A DNA stretch of 64,000 nt. Origin: Thermomicrobiales bacterium (GTDB lineage: Bacteria; Chloroflexota; Chloroflexia; Thermomicrobiales; UBA6265). The stretch is from positions 4,094 to 68,093 of the forward strand of contig JAXLWU010000007.1 in NCBI GenBank assembly GCA_046328335.1, given 5' to 3'. Shown piece by piece: positions 12,047-21,113 of the stretch (the first letter of the stretch is position 1; each line of letters starts with the position of its first letter). Below the pieces are notes generated by a model, which saw only the letters and a list, made by a program, of their open reading frames with translations, did not search any database and was not told the DNA's origin. The position numbers were made by a program, and so were the translations under genes.

Positions 12047-13033
12047 TCAGTTGATCGCGCGGGCCGCGTCAAACTTGCCGGCCACCTGAGCGGCGCGAAA
12101 CACCTCGATCGTGTCCTGGACACCCTGCGCCAGCGGCCGCCACTGCGGTGGGCCGAGCAACTCCTGAATGGCCTGGCCATCGACCCCATCGGGGGTGAAG
12201 AGTGGATCGGGGTTGAAGGTGATCGTGCCCACGCTCTGTGGCACGGCCTGCTCGATGGCCGCGACCACATCGGCTACAGAGGCGACCGTGCCGCCGAGGT
12301 TGTAGACGGGCGCGCCCTCCGGCATGGTGCGAGCGGCCTTGATGAACATGCGCGCGACATCGTCCGCGTGCTGGTAGGTGTCGGTGCCGCCAAAGGAGAC
12401 GTGATACGGCTGTCCCACCGCGGCGGCGGCCATCGCCTTGGTCGGAGTGGAACTGACCCCCTGATCGCGGCCCGGCCCATAGACAAAGAACGGCCGCAGG
12501 CCGACGCTTGGCACCTGGTAGTCCTGCCAGTAGATCGCGGCCCAGCCCTCGTTGGCTTCCTTGGTCACGCCATAGAGGGTGGTCGGCGCCAGGGGCGCGT
12601 CATCGGCCAGAGGGCCCGGTGGATAGAGATTGGCGGGACCGTAGACGGCGACGGATGAGGCATAGACGAGACCGCGTATTTGTTCCGCCAATTGCCGCGC
12701 GGTTTCGAGCACGATCGCGCTACCGACGACATTGACCCGCGCGCCGAGGATGGGATTGGCGCGGACGAACGGCACCTGCAATGCGGCCAGATGGACGATA
12801 TGGGTGATCTGGTTCTCGGTGACGACGTCCTTGAAGCGCTGCTCGTCGGTGATGTCGCCGGCGACGAAATTGACGCGGGCGATGTCGTCCTCGCTCATGA
12901 TCAGGCGCATGCGGTAGGGATCACCGGGGAGATCGTAGGTCGTGACCGGGACTCCCTCATCGATCAACCGCTTGACGGTCCAGGAACCGATGCAGCCCAG
13001 CGCTCCCGTAACCAGGAAACGCTCAGTCGTCAT
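12047..13033 (-). CDS. NAD-dependent epimerase/dehydratase family protein (extended SDR)
   Basis: N-terminal VTGALGCIGSW Rossmann motif. 328 aa. ATG preceded by GGAG. Confidence 0.8.
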   Translation of the reverse strand: MTTERFLVTGALGCIGSWTVKRLIDEGVPVTTYDLPGDPYRMRLIMSEDDIARVNFVAGDITDEQRFKDVVTENQITHIVHLAALQVPFVRANPILGARVNVVGSAIVLETARQLAEQIRGLVYASSVAVYGPANLYPPGPLADDAPLAPTTLYGVTKEANEGWAAIYWQDYQVPSVGLRPFFVYGPGRDQGVSSTPTKAMAAAAVGQPYHVSFGGTDTYQHADDVARMFIKAARTMPEGAPVYNLGGTVASVADVVAAIEQAVPQSVGTITFNPDPLFTPDGVDGQAIQELLGPPQWRPLAQGVQDTIEVFRAAQVAGKFDAARAIN

Positions 13034-13232
13034 TCACTCACTCCAGTGTCTGGGCCGCTCTGCGGCCGTCGTTGCGTGTGTCACCTGATTGCCGGGGCGT
13101 CAGCCGCGCCCTGAATGGCGCGGACAGGATACCCGACCATGCCGGGGAGTGGGAACGAGGTCTCGCCACCCGCGCGAATCGCGTTTTGCCGACGACCTTT
13201 TGAGAAATGCGTTCTGGTCCTTGAACGCGGTG

Positions 13233-13302
13233 GTCAGGAACGCGGGCGACGCAAGCGTCGCACCCTACGACGACATGCTGTAGGGTGCGACGCTTTCGCC
13301 GC
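13233..13302. repeat. Family R3 repeat, inverted pair (GTAGGGTGCGACGC.TGCGTCGCCCGCG type)
   Basis: The reverse complement of 13233..13269 is CGTAGGGTGCGACGCTTGCGTCGCCCGCGTTCCTGAC. This nearly equals 58393..58430. A second partial copy, TAGGGTGCGACGC, is at 13281..13293. Confidence 0.65.
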
Positions 13303-13341
13303 TCCCCTCCTCAGCAACGATGCTCCAATTGTCGGAACCAG

Positions 13342-14583
13342 CTAACCGACCGGTTGCGGTGTGTAGTAGTTCGCGTAGCGCCAGAGTCCGACGGCGGTCA
13401 GTTCCTCGTCGTCGAGCGGTCCGGCCCCGAATCGTCCGGGATCGAGCGATGTAAGATCGAAAGGTGGCTCGCCGCTGATCGCCCATTCGGCCAGCGCCCG
13501 CCCAATGCCGGCGGAGATGGAGAATCCGCTACCGTTGCAGCCGGTCGCCGTCCAGAATCCACGCAGGCCGGGCATCGGTCCGGCGAGGAAGCGGGCGTCG
13601 GGCGTCATGGTGAACAGCCCGCCGCGGTGCTCCGCGACCGGAGTGTCGCCCAGTGCCGGCACCAGCGGCCCGAGCGCCGCCGTGAACGTATCGAGGATTG
13701 CCATGTCGAGCGGCGTATCGGCAATGGTGAACGTGGGATCGCGGCGGGGATCGATCGCCAAGGGATCGGATTCCATGCCCCCCATCATGATCCCGCCTCG
13801 CGCCGGGCGAAGATAGGCGGAAGCATCGACGATACGGGCGATCGGCTCGGTTGGGGACATTCCCGCCACGGGACGCGTGATCAGCAACTGGTGCCGCACC
13901 GGGGCCACTGCCACCTCGACGCCGGCCAACGCCCCAATGCCGCGAGACCAGGCGCCGGCCGCATCAACCACCAGCGGAGCGGCGATGTCGCCACGAGGCG
14001 TGGAGACCCCAGTCACCTCGCCCCGGTCGGTTCTGATCGCCGTCACCGGCGCCTCGCCGATGACCCACGATCCGAGTTGACGGATAGCCTCCACGTAGGC
14101 GTTCAGCAGGGTCGCTGGTTCCTCGACATAGATATCGTCGGGGATGAACCAGGCAGAGCGGATGTCGCGGCCGCTCAGGTAAGGCGCGATGCGGTGAACT
14201 CCCGCGCCATCGAGTGGTTCCAGTGCGACACCCCAGCCGAGCGAGGCGTGGGCTTCCTCATCTACCAGCGCGGCGTGATCGCGGGTACGCGCCGCGAGGA
14301 GACTGCCGGATTGCACAAACGGTAACGGTATCCCGGTGGCGGTGGAGAACCCCTTGACGACCTCGATGCTGAGCTGGGCGAGACGGGTCAGGGTTTCGTC
14401 TGCTTGCACCAGTTTGTAGAGGCCGGCGGCGCGCGGTGATGTCTGGGAGCCGGGGGCAAAGCGGTCGAGCACCACAACGCTCCCCGCGCCGAGGCTGGCC
14501 AGTTGATAGCCCGTGCTGAGCCCGAATGCGCCGGCGCCGATGACAACGGCGTCGGCCTGAGTAACGGGAAGCGGCGAGTCCAT
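13342..14583 (-). CDS. FAD-dependent oxidoreductase (DAO family; glycine/D-amino-acid oxidase or HcnC-like)
   Basis: ORF trimmed to the ATG at 14581-14583, preceded by GGGGAAAGGG. Begins MDSPLPVTQADAVVIGAGAFGLSTGYQLA (GxGxxG). Confidence 0.8.
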   Translation of the reverse strand: MDSPLPVTQADAVVIGAGAFGLSTGYQLASLGAGSVVVLDRFAPGSQTSPRAAGLYKLVQADETLTRLAQLSIEVVKGFSTATGIPLPFVQSGSLLAARTRDHAALVDEEAHASLGWGVALEPLDGAGVHRIAPYLSGRDIRSAWFIPDDIYVEEPATLLNAYVEAIRQLGSWVIGEAPVTAIRTDRGEVTGVSTPRGDIAAPLVVDAAGAWSRGIGALAGVEVAVAPVRHQLLITRPVAGMSPTEPIARIVDASAYLRPARGGIMMGGMESDPLAIDPRRDPTFTIADTPLDMAILDTFTAALGPLVPALGDTPVAEHRGGLFTMTPDARFLAGPMPGLRGFWTATGCNGSGFSISAGIGRALAEWAISGEPPFDLTSLDPGRFGAGPLDDEELTAVGLWRYANYYTPQPVG

Positions 14584-14657
14584 ATGATCCCTTTCCCCTG
14601 CTGGGTGGCTCAGCCCAGCACGCATTCCGTTTGCTCAAACGACAGCGGCGTGCCGAA

Positions 14658-14757
14658 TCGTTGTCGACCCGAGGAACGAGGGACCTCGGCGTTCGGGCTC
14701 ATCCCCGTGACCGACGAGATGCCTCGCCGCGGCTCGGAACGACACGTCGTTCGCCCT
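14658..14757. repeat. Family R2 repeat, full-length copy of about 95 nt
   Basis: The left arm GTCGACCCGAGGAACGAGGGACCTCGGCGTTCG differs by 1 nt from 35620..35652. The right arm GACCGACGAGATGCCTCGCCGCGGCTCGGAACGACACGTCGTTCGC parallels 35665..35712. Confidence 0.7.
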
Positions 14758-14769
14758 CCGCGGCAACGG

Positions 14770-15864
14770 TCAGGCCGTGGCCGCGGCGGTCTCGCGCGCG
14801 GCGGGGCGGCCCTCCCCGAGCAAGCAGCAGTTGATCGGGCAGACGTCGTGACTTGGACCCAAGGCGCCCAGCGCGCGCCGCGTGGGGTGGTCAATCATGC
14901 GTTCCTCGATCAACTCGCGAATCATGGCGATGAACGCCGGATCGATGCCCACGGTCGGCACCCGCGTGAATGACAACCCCAGTGCACCGGCCCGCTCCCG
15001 CGCTTCGAGATCGAGATCATAAAGCACTTCGAGGTGATCGGAAATGAACCCGGAGGGCACGACCACGACATCCCGCGCCCCTTGCGCATGCACGTCGTCG
15101 AGGACATCGAGGATGTCCGGTTCCAGCCACGGCACCTGTGGCGGCCCGCTGCGGCTCTGCCAGGCGAGCCGGTAGTTGGAGACGCCAGCTGCTTCCGCGA
15201 CGAGCCGGCAGGTCTCGCGCAGTTGCCGCTCGTATGCCGCGCCTTTGGCCATCGAGACCGGAACGCTGTGAGCGGTGAAGACCACCACGGCGGAGTCGCG
15301 GCGTTCGGCGGGAAGGGTGGCGATTGCCGCACCGAGTTCGCGCGCCATCGGCATCACAAAACCGGGGTGGTTGAAGAAGGTGCGAATCTTGTCAAACCGC
15401 ATTTCGGTTTCGCCGAGCGCGGCCAGAACCCGCTGAATGTCTTCCCGATACTGCCGGCATCCCGACCATGAGCTGTAGGCGGAGGTAACGAACACGAGGA
15501 CATTCCGCACGCCGTCGCTCCGCATTTGAACGATGGTGTCTTCCAGGAATGGATGCCAGTTGCGGTTGCCGAAATAGACCGGCAACGCGATTTCGTGGTG
15601 GCGCAGTTCGACTTCCAAGGCAGCAATCAGAGCGTGGTTTTGGGCATTGATCGGGCTGACCCCGTCGAAGTGCGCGTAGTGCTCCGCTACCTCCTCCAGG
15701 CGCTCGCGCGGGATGTTGCGGCCCCGGGTGACATTTTCGAGAAAGGGCATGACGTCGGCCATACCCTCTGGGCCGCCGAAGGACTGGACCAGGAGCGCGT
15801 CGTAGTGTCGCGCGGATTCGTCGTAAAGTGGGGCGCCAGGCCGATCGGCGCCATGAATGGTCAT
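14770..15864 (-). CDS. hemH: Ferrochelatase (Actinobacteria/Firmicutes-like type with a Cys-rich C-terminus)
   Basis: Contains YDALLVQSFGGPEGMADVMPFLENVTRGRNIPRERLEEVAEHY and FISDHLEVLYDLD blocks. The C-terminal CPINCC cysteines are compatible with a 2Fe-2S-binding variant. ATG preceded by GGAG. Confidence 0.88.
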   Translation of the reverse strand: MTIHGADRPGAPLYDESARHYDALLVQSFGGPEGMADVMPFLENVTRGRNIPRERLEEVAEHYAHFDGVSPINAQNHALIAALEVELRHHEIALPVYFGNRNWHPFLEDTIVQMRSDGVRNVLVFVTSAYSSWSGCRQYREDIQRVLAALGETEMRFDKIRTFFNHPGFVMPMARELGAAIATLPAERRDSAVVVFTAHSVPVSMAKGAAYERQLRETCRLVAEAAGVSNYRLAWQSRSGPPQVPWLEPDILDVLDDVHAQGARDVVVVPSGFISDHLEVLYDLDLEARERAGALGLSFTRVPTVGIDPAFIAMIRELIEERMIDHPTRRALGALGPSHDVCPINCCLLGEGRPAARETAAATA

Positions 15865-16100
15865 CGAACACTCCTACAGTCGGGCGGCAGACGGGTTCCT
15901 CGTCCATGAGCGACAATGCCGCAACCTGACATCACGCTTCGCCCCTCACCACACGCGGAAGGTTATGAGCGAAAGCCACCCGCTTGCCCGGTTCGCGCGG
16001 ATGGTCGTGCTGGTCACGATGTCTTGAATGCTACCGGTAACACCGTCGAGCCGGCGCGTTGGCGGCTTTGCCCTGCCCCGGAGTCTGCCACGAATGATCG

Positions 16101-17027
16101 CTACGCGTCGGTGCTCCGGGCTTCACCGATCGTGTAGTGCGCGAGGTCTTCGTAGACCGTGACCAGCGCGCTGTGATCGAGGTCGCCGCGACCCGCGGCA
16201 GACAAGGCTTCGAACAATTGGCCGACTAATGCCGTTGCCGGCGCGGGAACAGCGGTCGCCCGGGCGGTTTCCAGCGCGATCGCGAGATCCTTGCGGTGGA
16301 GATCGATGCGGAAACCGGGCTGGAACTGGTGAGCGATCATGCCCGGGCCCTTCAACTCCAGCACCCGGCTGGCGGCGAGACCACCTGAGAGTACCTGCAC
16401 GATTCGGCTGGGATCGACACCCGCCTTGGCACCAGTCACCAGCGCCTCGCTGACGGCGGCGTAGTTGATCGCCACCACCATCTGATTGCACGCTTTCACG
16501 ATCTGTCCAGCGCCAGGGCCGCCAACGTGGACGATCGTCTTGCCCATCGCGCTGAAGAGAGGCATCGCCCGCTCGACGTCGGCTTCGTCGCCGCCGATCA
16601 TGATGCTGAGCGTGCCCGCGATTGCGCCCTTGTCGCCGCCGCTGACCGGCGCATCGAGGGCGCTCGCACCGCGTTCCCTGACCGCCTGATGCACCTCGAC
16701 CGCGGTAGCCGGCGCGATGGTGCTCATATCGATCAGCAACTGGCCAGGTTGCAAGGAAGTAAGGACGCCCTTTTCGCCAAAGACCACCTCCCGGACATCG
16801 GGCGAATCGGGGAGCATGGTGATCACGGCCGCGGCGCGCGCCACGACCTCACGTGGGCTGCTTGCGGCGGTGAACTGGTTGCCTTCGGCTATGAGCGCGT
16901 CGACATCGTCTCGGCTTCGGTTGTGAACGACGAGATCGAACCCCGCGGCGGCCAGATTGCGCGCCATCGGTTTACCCATGATGCCAAGACCAATGAATCC
17001 GACCGGACCACCTTCGAACCCTGCCAT
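16101..17027 (-). CDS. 2-hydroxy-3-oxopropionate (tartronate semialdehyde) reductase / 3-hydroxyisobutyrate dehydrogenase family
   Basis: Has the GFIGLGIMGKPMARNL NAD-binding motif. About 300 aa. Adjacent to hyi. ATG preceded by GAGGAG. Confidence 0.8.
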   Translation of the reverse strand: MAGFEGGPVGFIGLGIMGKPMARNLAAAGFDLVVHNRSRDDVDALIAEGNQFTAASSPREVVARAAAVITMLPDSPDVREVVFGEKGVLTSLQPGQLLIDMSTIAPATAVEVHQAVRERGASALDAPVSGGDKGAIAGTLSIMIGGDEADVERAMPLFSAMGKTIVHVGGPGAGQIVKACNQMVVAINYAAVSEALVTGAKAGVDPSRIVQVLSGGLAASRVLELKGPGMIAHQFQPGFRIDLHRKDLAIALETARATAVPAPATALVGQLFEALSAAGRGDLDHSALVTVYEDLAHYTIGEARSTDA

Positions 17028-17055
17028 GCCTGTGCGCTCCTCTACCCCATGGATC

Positions 17056-17844
17056 TCACGCGGGCCAGTATCCCATTTCGGTAATCCAGCGCAGCGACGA
17101 TTCTGTATCCTCCAGAGGACGGTACTCCAGACCGATCCACCCGTCGTAACCCGCGGCCTCGATGGCGCTGAAAACGAACGGATAGTTGATCTCGCCCGTG
17201 CCAGGCTCGTGCCGGTCGGGGCTGTCGGCGATCTGGATGTGGCCGATCTGGCCGATGCGCGCCGCGATGGTGGCGGTCACGTTCCCGACCATCCGTTGTG
17301 AGTGATAGACGTCGTACTGCAGTTTCAGGTTCGGATGATTGGCTCGCTTGATGACCGCGAACCCGGCATCCGGTGTTGGCAGCAGGAACCCCGGTGCATC
17401 GAAGGCGTTGAGCGGTTCGATGACTTGGAGCACTCCGATCTTCCCTGCTTCATCGGCCGCAAAGCGGAGGTTGTCGACGAGCGTGGCGATCTGTTCCTCC
17501 TCGGAGATATCGTCGAGACGCTTTCCGGCCAGGCAATTGAGCTTGCCAGCGCCCAGTTCCGACGCGATACCCAGTCCCTTCGCCACACCGGCGCGGAACT
17601 CCTCGACTCGCCGCGGATCATTGGCGAGGCCGCGGTCACCGTTGGCGAAATCGCCCGCCGGGAGATTGAAGAGCACCTGCTCTAGATCGTGGCGCCGCAG
17701 TTCCTCTCCGATCGCGGCGGTGTCGTACTCGTAGGGAAATTGGAACTCGATGGCGCGAAACCCGGCCGCGGCGGCAAGGGAGAAGCGTTCCAGAAACGGC
17801 CGCTCGGCGAAGAGCATCGATAGATTCGCCGCGAATCGGGGCAT
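17056..17844 (-). CDS. hyi: Hydroxypyruvate isomerase
   Basis: Begins MPRFAANLSMLFAERPFLERF...GFRAIEFQFPYEY, the typical Hyi N-terminus (TIM-barrel xylose-isomerase-like). 262 aa. ATG preceded by AAGGAG. Confidence 0.85.
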   Translation of the reverse strand: MPRFAANLSMLFAERPFLERFSLAAAAGFRAIEFQFPYEYDTAAIGEELRRHDLEQVLFNLPAGDFANGDRGLANDPRRVEEFRAGVAKGLGIASELGAGKLNCLAGKRLDDISEEEQIATLVDNLRFAADEAGKIGVLQVIEPLNAFDAPGFLLPTPDAGFAVIKRANHPNLKLQYDVYHSQRMVGNVTATIAARIGQIGHIQIADSPDRHEPGTGEINYPFVFSAIEAAGYDGWIGLEYRPLEDTESSLRWITEMGYWPA

Positions 17845-18136
17845 GTGGAAACTCCTTGTGGAACCAATCTTGCTAGAGCAGTCGCATCCTAGTCGTCGGG
17901 AAGGAGTACGGTCAATCGAAGCCGAATACCGAATCCGCCGAAATGACGCTTTCGCCTTGCGCCGGATCTGTCCGCTTCGATGGTGTATCCATAGTTGGAC
18001 GGTTGCTCCATTTGGAGGTGCGTGGCACAGGTGTTACGATGATTTGTGCCTTCGATAGAGACCGCGCTTTACGGCGCGAATTCAGGTTGCTTTAATGACC
18101 CCTTTCCGTAAAGCGGGTCAGCGAGAGGAGAAATCA

Positions 18137-18871
18137 GTGAGTGAGGTTACGGGCAGCGGCGATGTCTACACCATGGCTGAAGCCGCCCGTTTGAAAGGAG
18201 TCTCCTACCACACGGTCTCGCGAGCCGTGCGACGGGGCAAACTTCCCGCCACCAGACTCGGCCGGATGGCCCTGATCACGTCGGAGGACCTCCGCGAGTG
18301 GCGGCCCATGAGGGAGCGCGCCCCCCGGAAATACCGCCGGCGGGAGCCGAATCCGGAAGCGGCGCCCGCGATGCTGGACCTGGCGTCGGCCGAACGGGTC
18401 GAACTGGCAAGCCGGCTGGCAACCCTCTCGGAGACATTGAACGCGGCCGCGGCGAAGGCCGAGCGGGGTGATTTTTTCGAATTGCTCGCGGACCGATTGG
18501 CCGGAACGCTCGGGCTACGGCGAGCGGCGATCCGGCTCCTCGATGAAGAGCACGGCAAGACGGTTCGCGTTGGCGGATACGGTTCGCCAATGACGAATCT
18601 TCCGGATGAGGCGCCGGCCAAGGGTTCGCCCCTGATGCTCGACGTGACGCGGCCATCACGCGCAACCGTGGTCAGCAATCTCACAGAGCAGGGCATTCCC
18701 GAGGGGATGATGTTGAACGTCAGTTCGCTGCTGGTGGCGCCCATTCGGCGCGGCGATGACTACGTTGGCGTGATCATCGCGGACAAAAACGGTGAGCCGT
18801 TCCAGTTGACTTCGAGCGAACTCGATTTCGCCCAGGCCATGGCAAACGTGGCCGCGCTGGCGGTCGCGTAG
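18137..18871 (+). CDS. Excisionase-type HTH DNA-binding protein with a C-terminal GAF-like domain
   Basis: GTG at 18137 lies 7 nt after GAGAGGAG. The N-terminus YTMAEAARLKGVSYHTVSRAVRRGKLPATRLGRMALITSEDLREWR matches the HTH_17/excisionase pattern. The C-terminal roughly 150 aa look GAF-like (LLVAPIRRGDDYVGVIIADK). Confidence 0.6.
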   Translation: MSEVTGSGDVYTMAEAARLKGVSYHTVSRAVRRGKLPATRLGRMALITSEDLREWRPMRERAPRKYRRREPNPEAAPAMLDLASAERVELASRLATLSETLNAAAAKAERGDFFELLADRLAGTLGLRRAAIRLLDEEHGKTVRVGGYGSPMTNLPDEAPAKGSPLMLDVTRPSRATVVSNLTEQGIPEGMMLNVSSLLVAPIRRGDDYVGVIIADKNGEPFQLTSSELDFAQAMANVAALAVA

Positions 18872-18982
18872 GCATACTCTTTACCGAGCGACCCGTCGTG
18901 CGGATCGGTTCTGCAGTCGCTCGCCGCAGACAGTGCCCACGCCCGGATCTCTGGGTCGCGACCGCTGTTCCCGGATGTTGAG

Positions 18983-19007
18983 CCCCTCTCCCCGCGAAGG
19001 AGAGGGG
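18983..19007 (+). terminator. Hairpin CCCCTCTCC-N7-GGAGAGGGG followed by TTTCTCT; possible terminator or R1-like element
   Basis: 9-bp perfect stem seen directly, with a T-rich tail. It lies 112 nt downstream of the 18137..18871 stop. Confidence 0.4.
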
Positions 19008-19195
19008 TTTCTCTATCCCGAAGCCGGTTCCGAAAACCTCCATCCAGCGGAGTGGTACTCGACATCAGCCAGAATCGCTGCTGACGCTCGTCGATCATCA
19101 AGGTGGATCGCTTGTCCAACGTTGGCGTGCGGTGCGCCGCCGTCTCGACCCTCCGCTCTCGCCCAACTCGAGATCGTCACCAGGCGAAGCCGCAT

Positions 19196-20569
19196 TTATC
19201 GCGGTTCCAGTTGCCCCGTTTGGGAGGGGCTTGCCGCGACGGGAAGCGGAGGATGCCGGTCCGGCCGCCCGCGCCCGATGCCTTCATAGCGTAGCCCCGC
19301 CGCTTCGAGCGCGGATGACGGAAGCAGGTTCCGCCCATCGAGAACAAGATTGCCACGCATGACGGCGGCGACCCGATCGAAATCGAGCAGCGCGTATTCA
19401 GGCCACGGAGTACAGAGCAGAACGGCGTCGGCACCCTCGGTCGCGTCGTACGGATCGTTGCACGGTAGCAATTCTGGGATCCGCCGCGCGGCATTTGCCA
19501 ATGCGGCAGGATCGTGGGCTCTGACTCGCGCGCCACGCTCGAGCAGCATTTCGACAATTGTCACCGCCGGGGATTCGCGTAGGTCGTCCGTCCCTTCCTT
19601 GAACGCGAGACCCCAGACCGCGATCGTTCGCCCATCGAGCCCGCCAAGCAGTTCATCGGCGCGGGCGACAAAGCGGCGTTGCGCGTCTCGATTGATCTCC
19701 AGCACCGCTCGCAGCAGTCCGGGATGGAGCCCGGCGCCCTCCGCCATGCGCGTCAGGGCGCCGACGTCTTTCGGGAAGCAGGATCCGCCAAAACCGATCC
19801 CGGCGTGCAGGAAGCGAGGTCCAATGCGCGCGTCGTGGCCCATCCCCTCAGCGACGACGGTCACATCCGCGCCGAGCCGTTCGCAGAGACGTGCAATGTC
19901 GTTGATGAACGAAATCTTGGTGGCGAGAAAGGCATTGGCGGCGTACTTGATCAACTCGGCGGAGCGGTGGTCCGTCTGAACGATCGGTGCGCCGAGTGGT
20001 TCGTACAGCCGGGCAACCGCACTGATCGCGACGGGATCATCGCCGCCAATGACGATCCTGTCCGGATGGAGAATGTCGTGAATGACCCGACCTTCGCGCA
20101 AGAACTCGGGGTTGCTGACCACGGAAAACCGCGCCGTGGCGGGGGCATGTTCGGCGACGATGCCGGCAACGAGTTCCGCCGTGCCGACCGGCATGGTGCT
20201 CTTGTTGACGACGACAGTTGACGCGTCCGGAGGGAGGTTGGCGCCAATCGAGGCAGCCGCGGCGCGGACCTGGCGCAGATCGGCCTCGCCATCGGAGAGC
20301 GATGGCGTGCCGGTGCAGAGAAACACCATCTCGCAACCGGGAACGCCGTCGGCGTAGTCAGTGGTGAATCGCAATCGGCCCGCGTCGAGATTGCGCCGAA
20401 GCATGTCGGGAAGTCCGGCTTCGAAAATGGGACTCTCGCCGCGATTGAGCATCGCGACCCGGTCGCGATCGATGTCCAGGCCGACAACCGCGTGCCCGAG
20501 TTCCGCCAGAGCCACGGCATAGCCGAGCCCCACATACCCGCCGCCGCCGACAACGCAGATGCGGGTCAT
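19196..20569 (-). CDS. ugd: UDP-glucose 6-dehydrogenase
   Basis: ORF 19196..20827 trimmed to the ATG at 20567-20569. Begins MTRICVVGGGGYVGLGYAVALAELGH. Contains GFGGSCFPKDV with the catalytic Cys. The start overlaps the upstream stop (ATGA). Confidence 0.88.
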   Translation of the reverse strand: MTRICVVGGGGYVGLGYAVALAELGHAVVGLDIDRDRVAMLNRGESPIFEAGLPDMLRRNLDAGRLRFTTDYADGVPGCEMVFLCTGTPSLSDGEADLRQVRAAAASIGANLPPDASTVVVNKSTMPVGTAELVAGIVAEHAPATARFSVVSNPEFLREGRVIHDILHPDRIVIGGDDPVAISAVARLYEPLGAPIVQTDHRSAELIKYAANAFLATKISFINDIARLCERLGADVTVVAEGMGHDARIGPRFLHAGIGFGGSCFPKDVGALTRMAEGAGLHPGLLRAVLEINRDAQRRFVARADELLGGLDGRTIAVWGLAFKEGTDDLRESPAVTIVEMLLERGARVRAHDPAALANAARRIPELLPCNDPYDATEGADAVLLCTPWPEYALLDFDRVAAVMRGNLVLDGRNLLPSSALEAAGLRYEGIGRGRPDRHPPLPVAASPSQTGQLEPR

Positions 20570-21051
20570 TCCCAGAGATCCTCCTCGTCGTCGATGGTGA
20601 ATGCGGGTTGTGGCGCCGCGTCTGCCGTGTGGTGCGCCGCCGCAAGGAGCGCGGTCACCATTTCCTTGCGGCGGAAGAACTGCCGGATTTCCTGCCAGAG
20701 GTCCGGCTCGGTGCGGCCGAGTTGGAGCAACCGATCGGAGAAAACGACATCGCCGCGCGCCCGCTGCTCGGTCATGAATTCGGTGGAAAGGAGTTCGGCG
20801 AAAAAGAGCGGGCCGATATCGGACCATTTCTCACGGTAGAAGCGGCGCAGGTCGGCCTGTGCTTCCTCGCCAAGCGATTCCCCCTCGACGGTGACGAAGG
20901 CGGACCAGTCGATGGCGTCCAGGGTCGCTTCGAGGAGATCGACGTGCTGCTGCTGCCGGACCTGATCGACGAGCGCATCGATCCTGGCCCGATCGAACGG
21001 CAACTCGTGCGGAGTCTCCGGCAGCAGTTGATCAGAAGGTGAATCGGTCAT
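20566..21051 (-). CDS. Hypothetical acidic protein (161 aa), translationally coupled to ugd
   Basis: Clean ATG at 21049-21051. The stop overlaps the ugd start. I recognise no family. The C-terminus ends in an acidic DDEEDLWE tail. Confidence 0.5.
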   Translation of the reverse strand: MTDSPSDQLLPETPHELPFDRARIDALVDQVRQQQHVDLLEATLDAIDWSAFVTVEGESLGEEAQADLRRFYREKWSDIGPLFFAELLSTEFMTEQRARGDVVFSDRLLQLGRTEPDLWQEIRQFFRRKEMVTALLAAAHHTADAAPQPAFTIDDEEDLWE

Positions 21052-21113
21052 GCAAGTGGCGCTCGCCAGGTGCGCGGGTCATGGCCGGAGTATAGGCTCG
21101 CCCGGTGCGGGCA

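Noticed and set aside
19196-20827. Long N-terminal extensions of ORF-track entries, such as ugd at 543 aa, the phosphohexomutase at 569 aa, pheS at 386 aa, eno at 538 aa, cvpA at 301 aa and rmlC at 255 aa
   Set aside because: The extensions are low-complexity. They precede canonical N-termini that have their own start codons and SD sequences. In several cases they overlap upstream genes or the T-box leader. The genes were trimmed accordingly.
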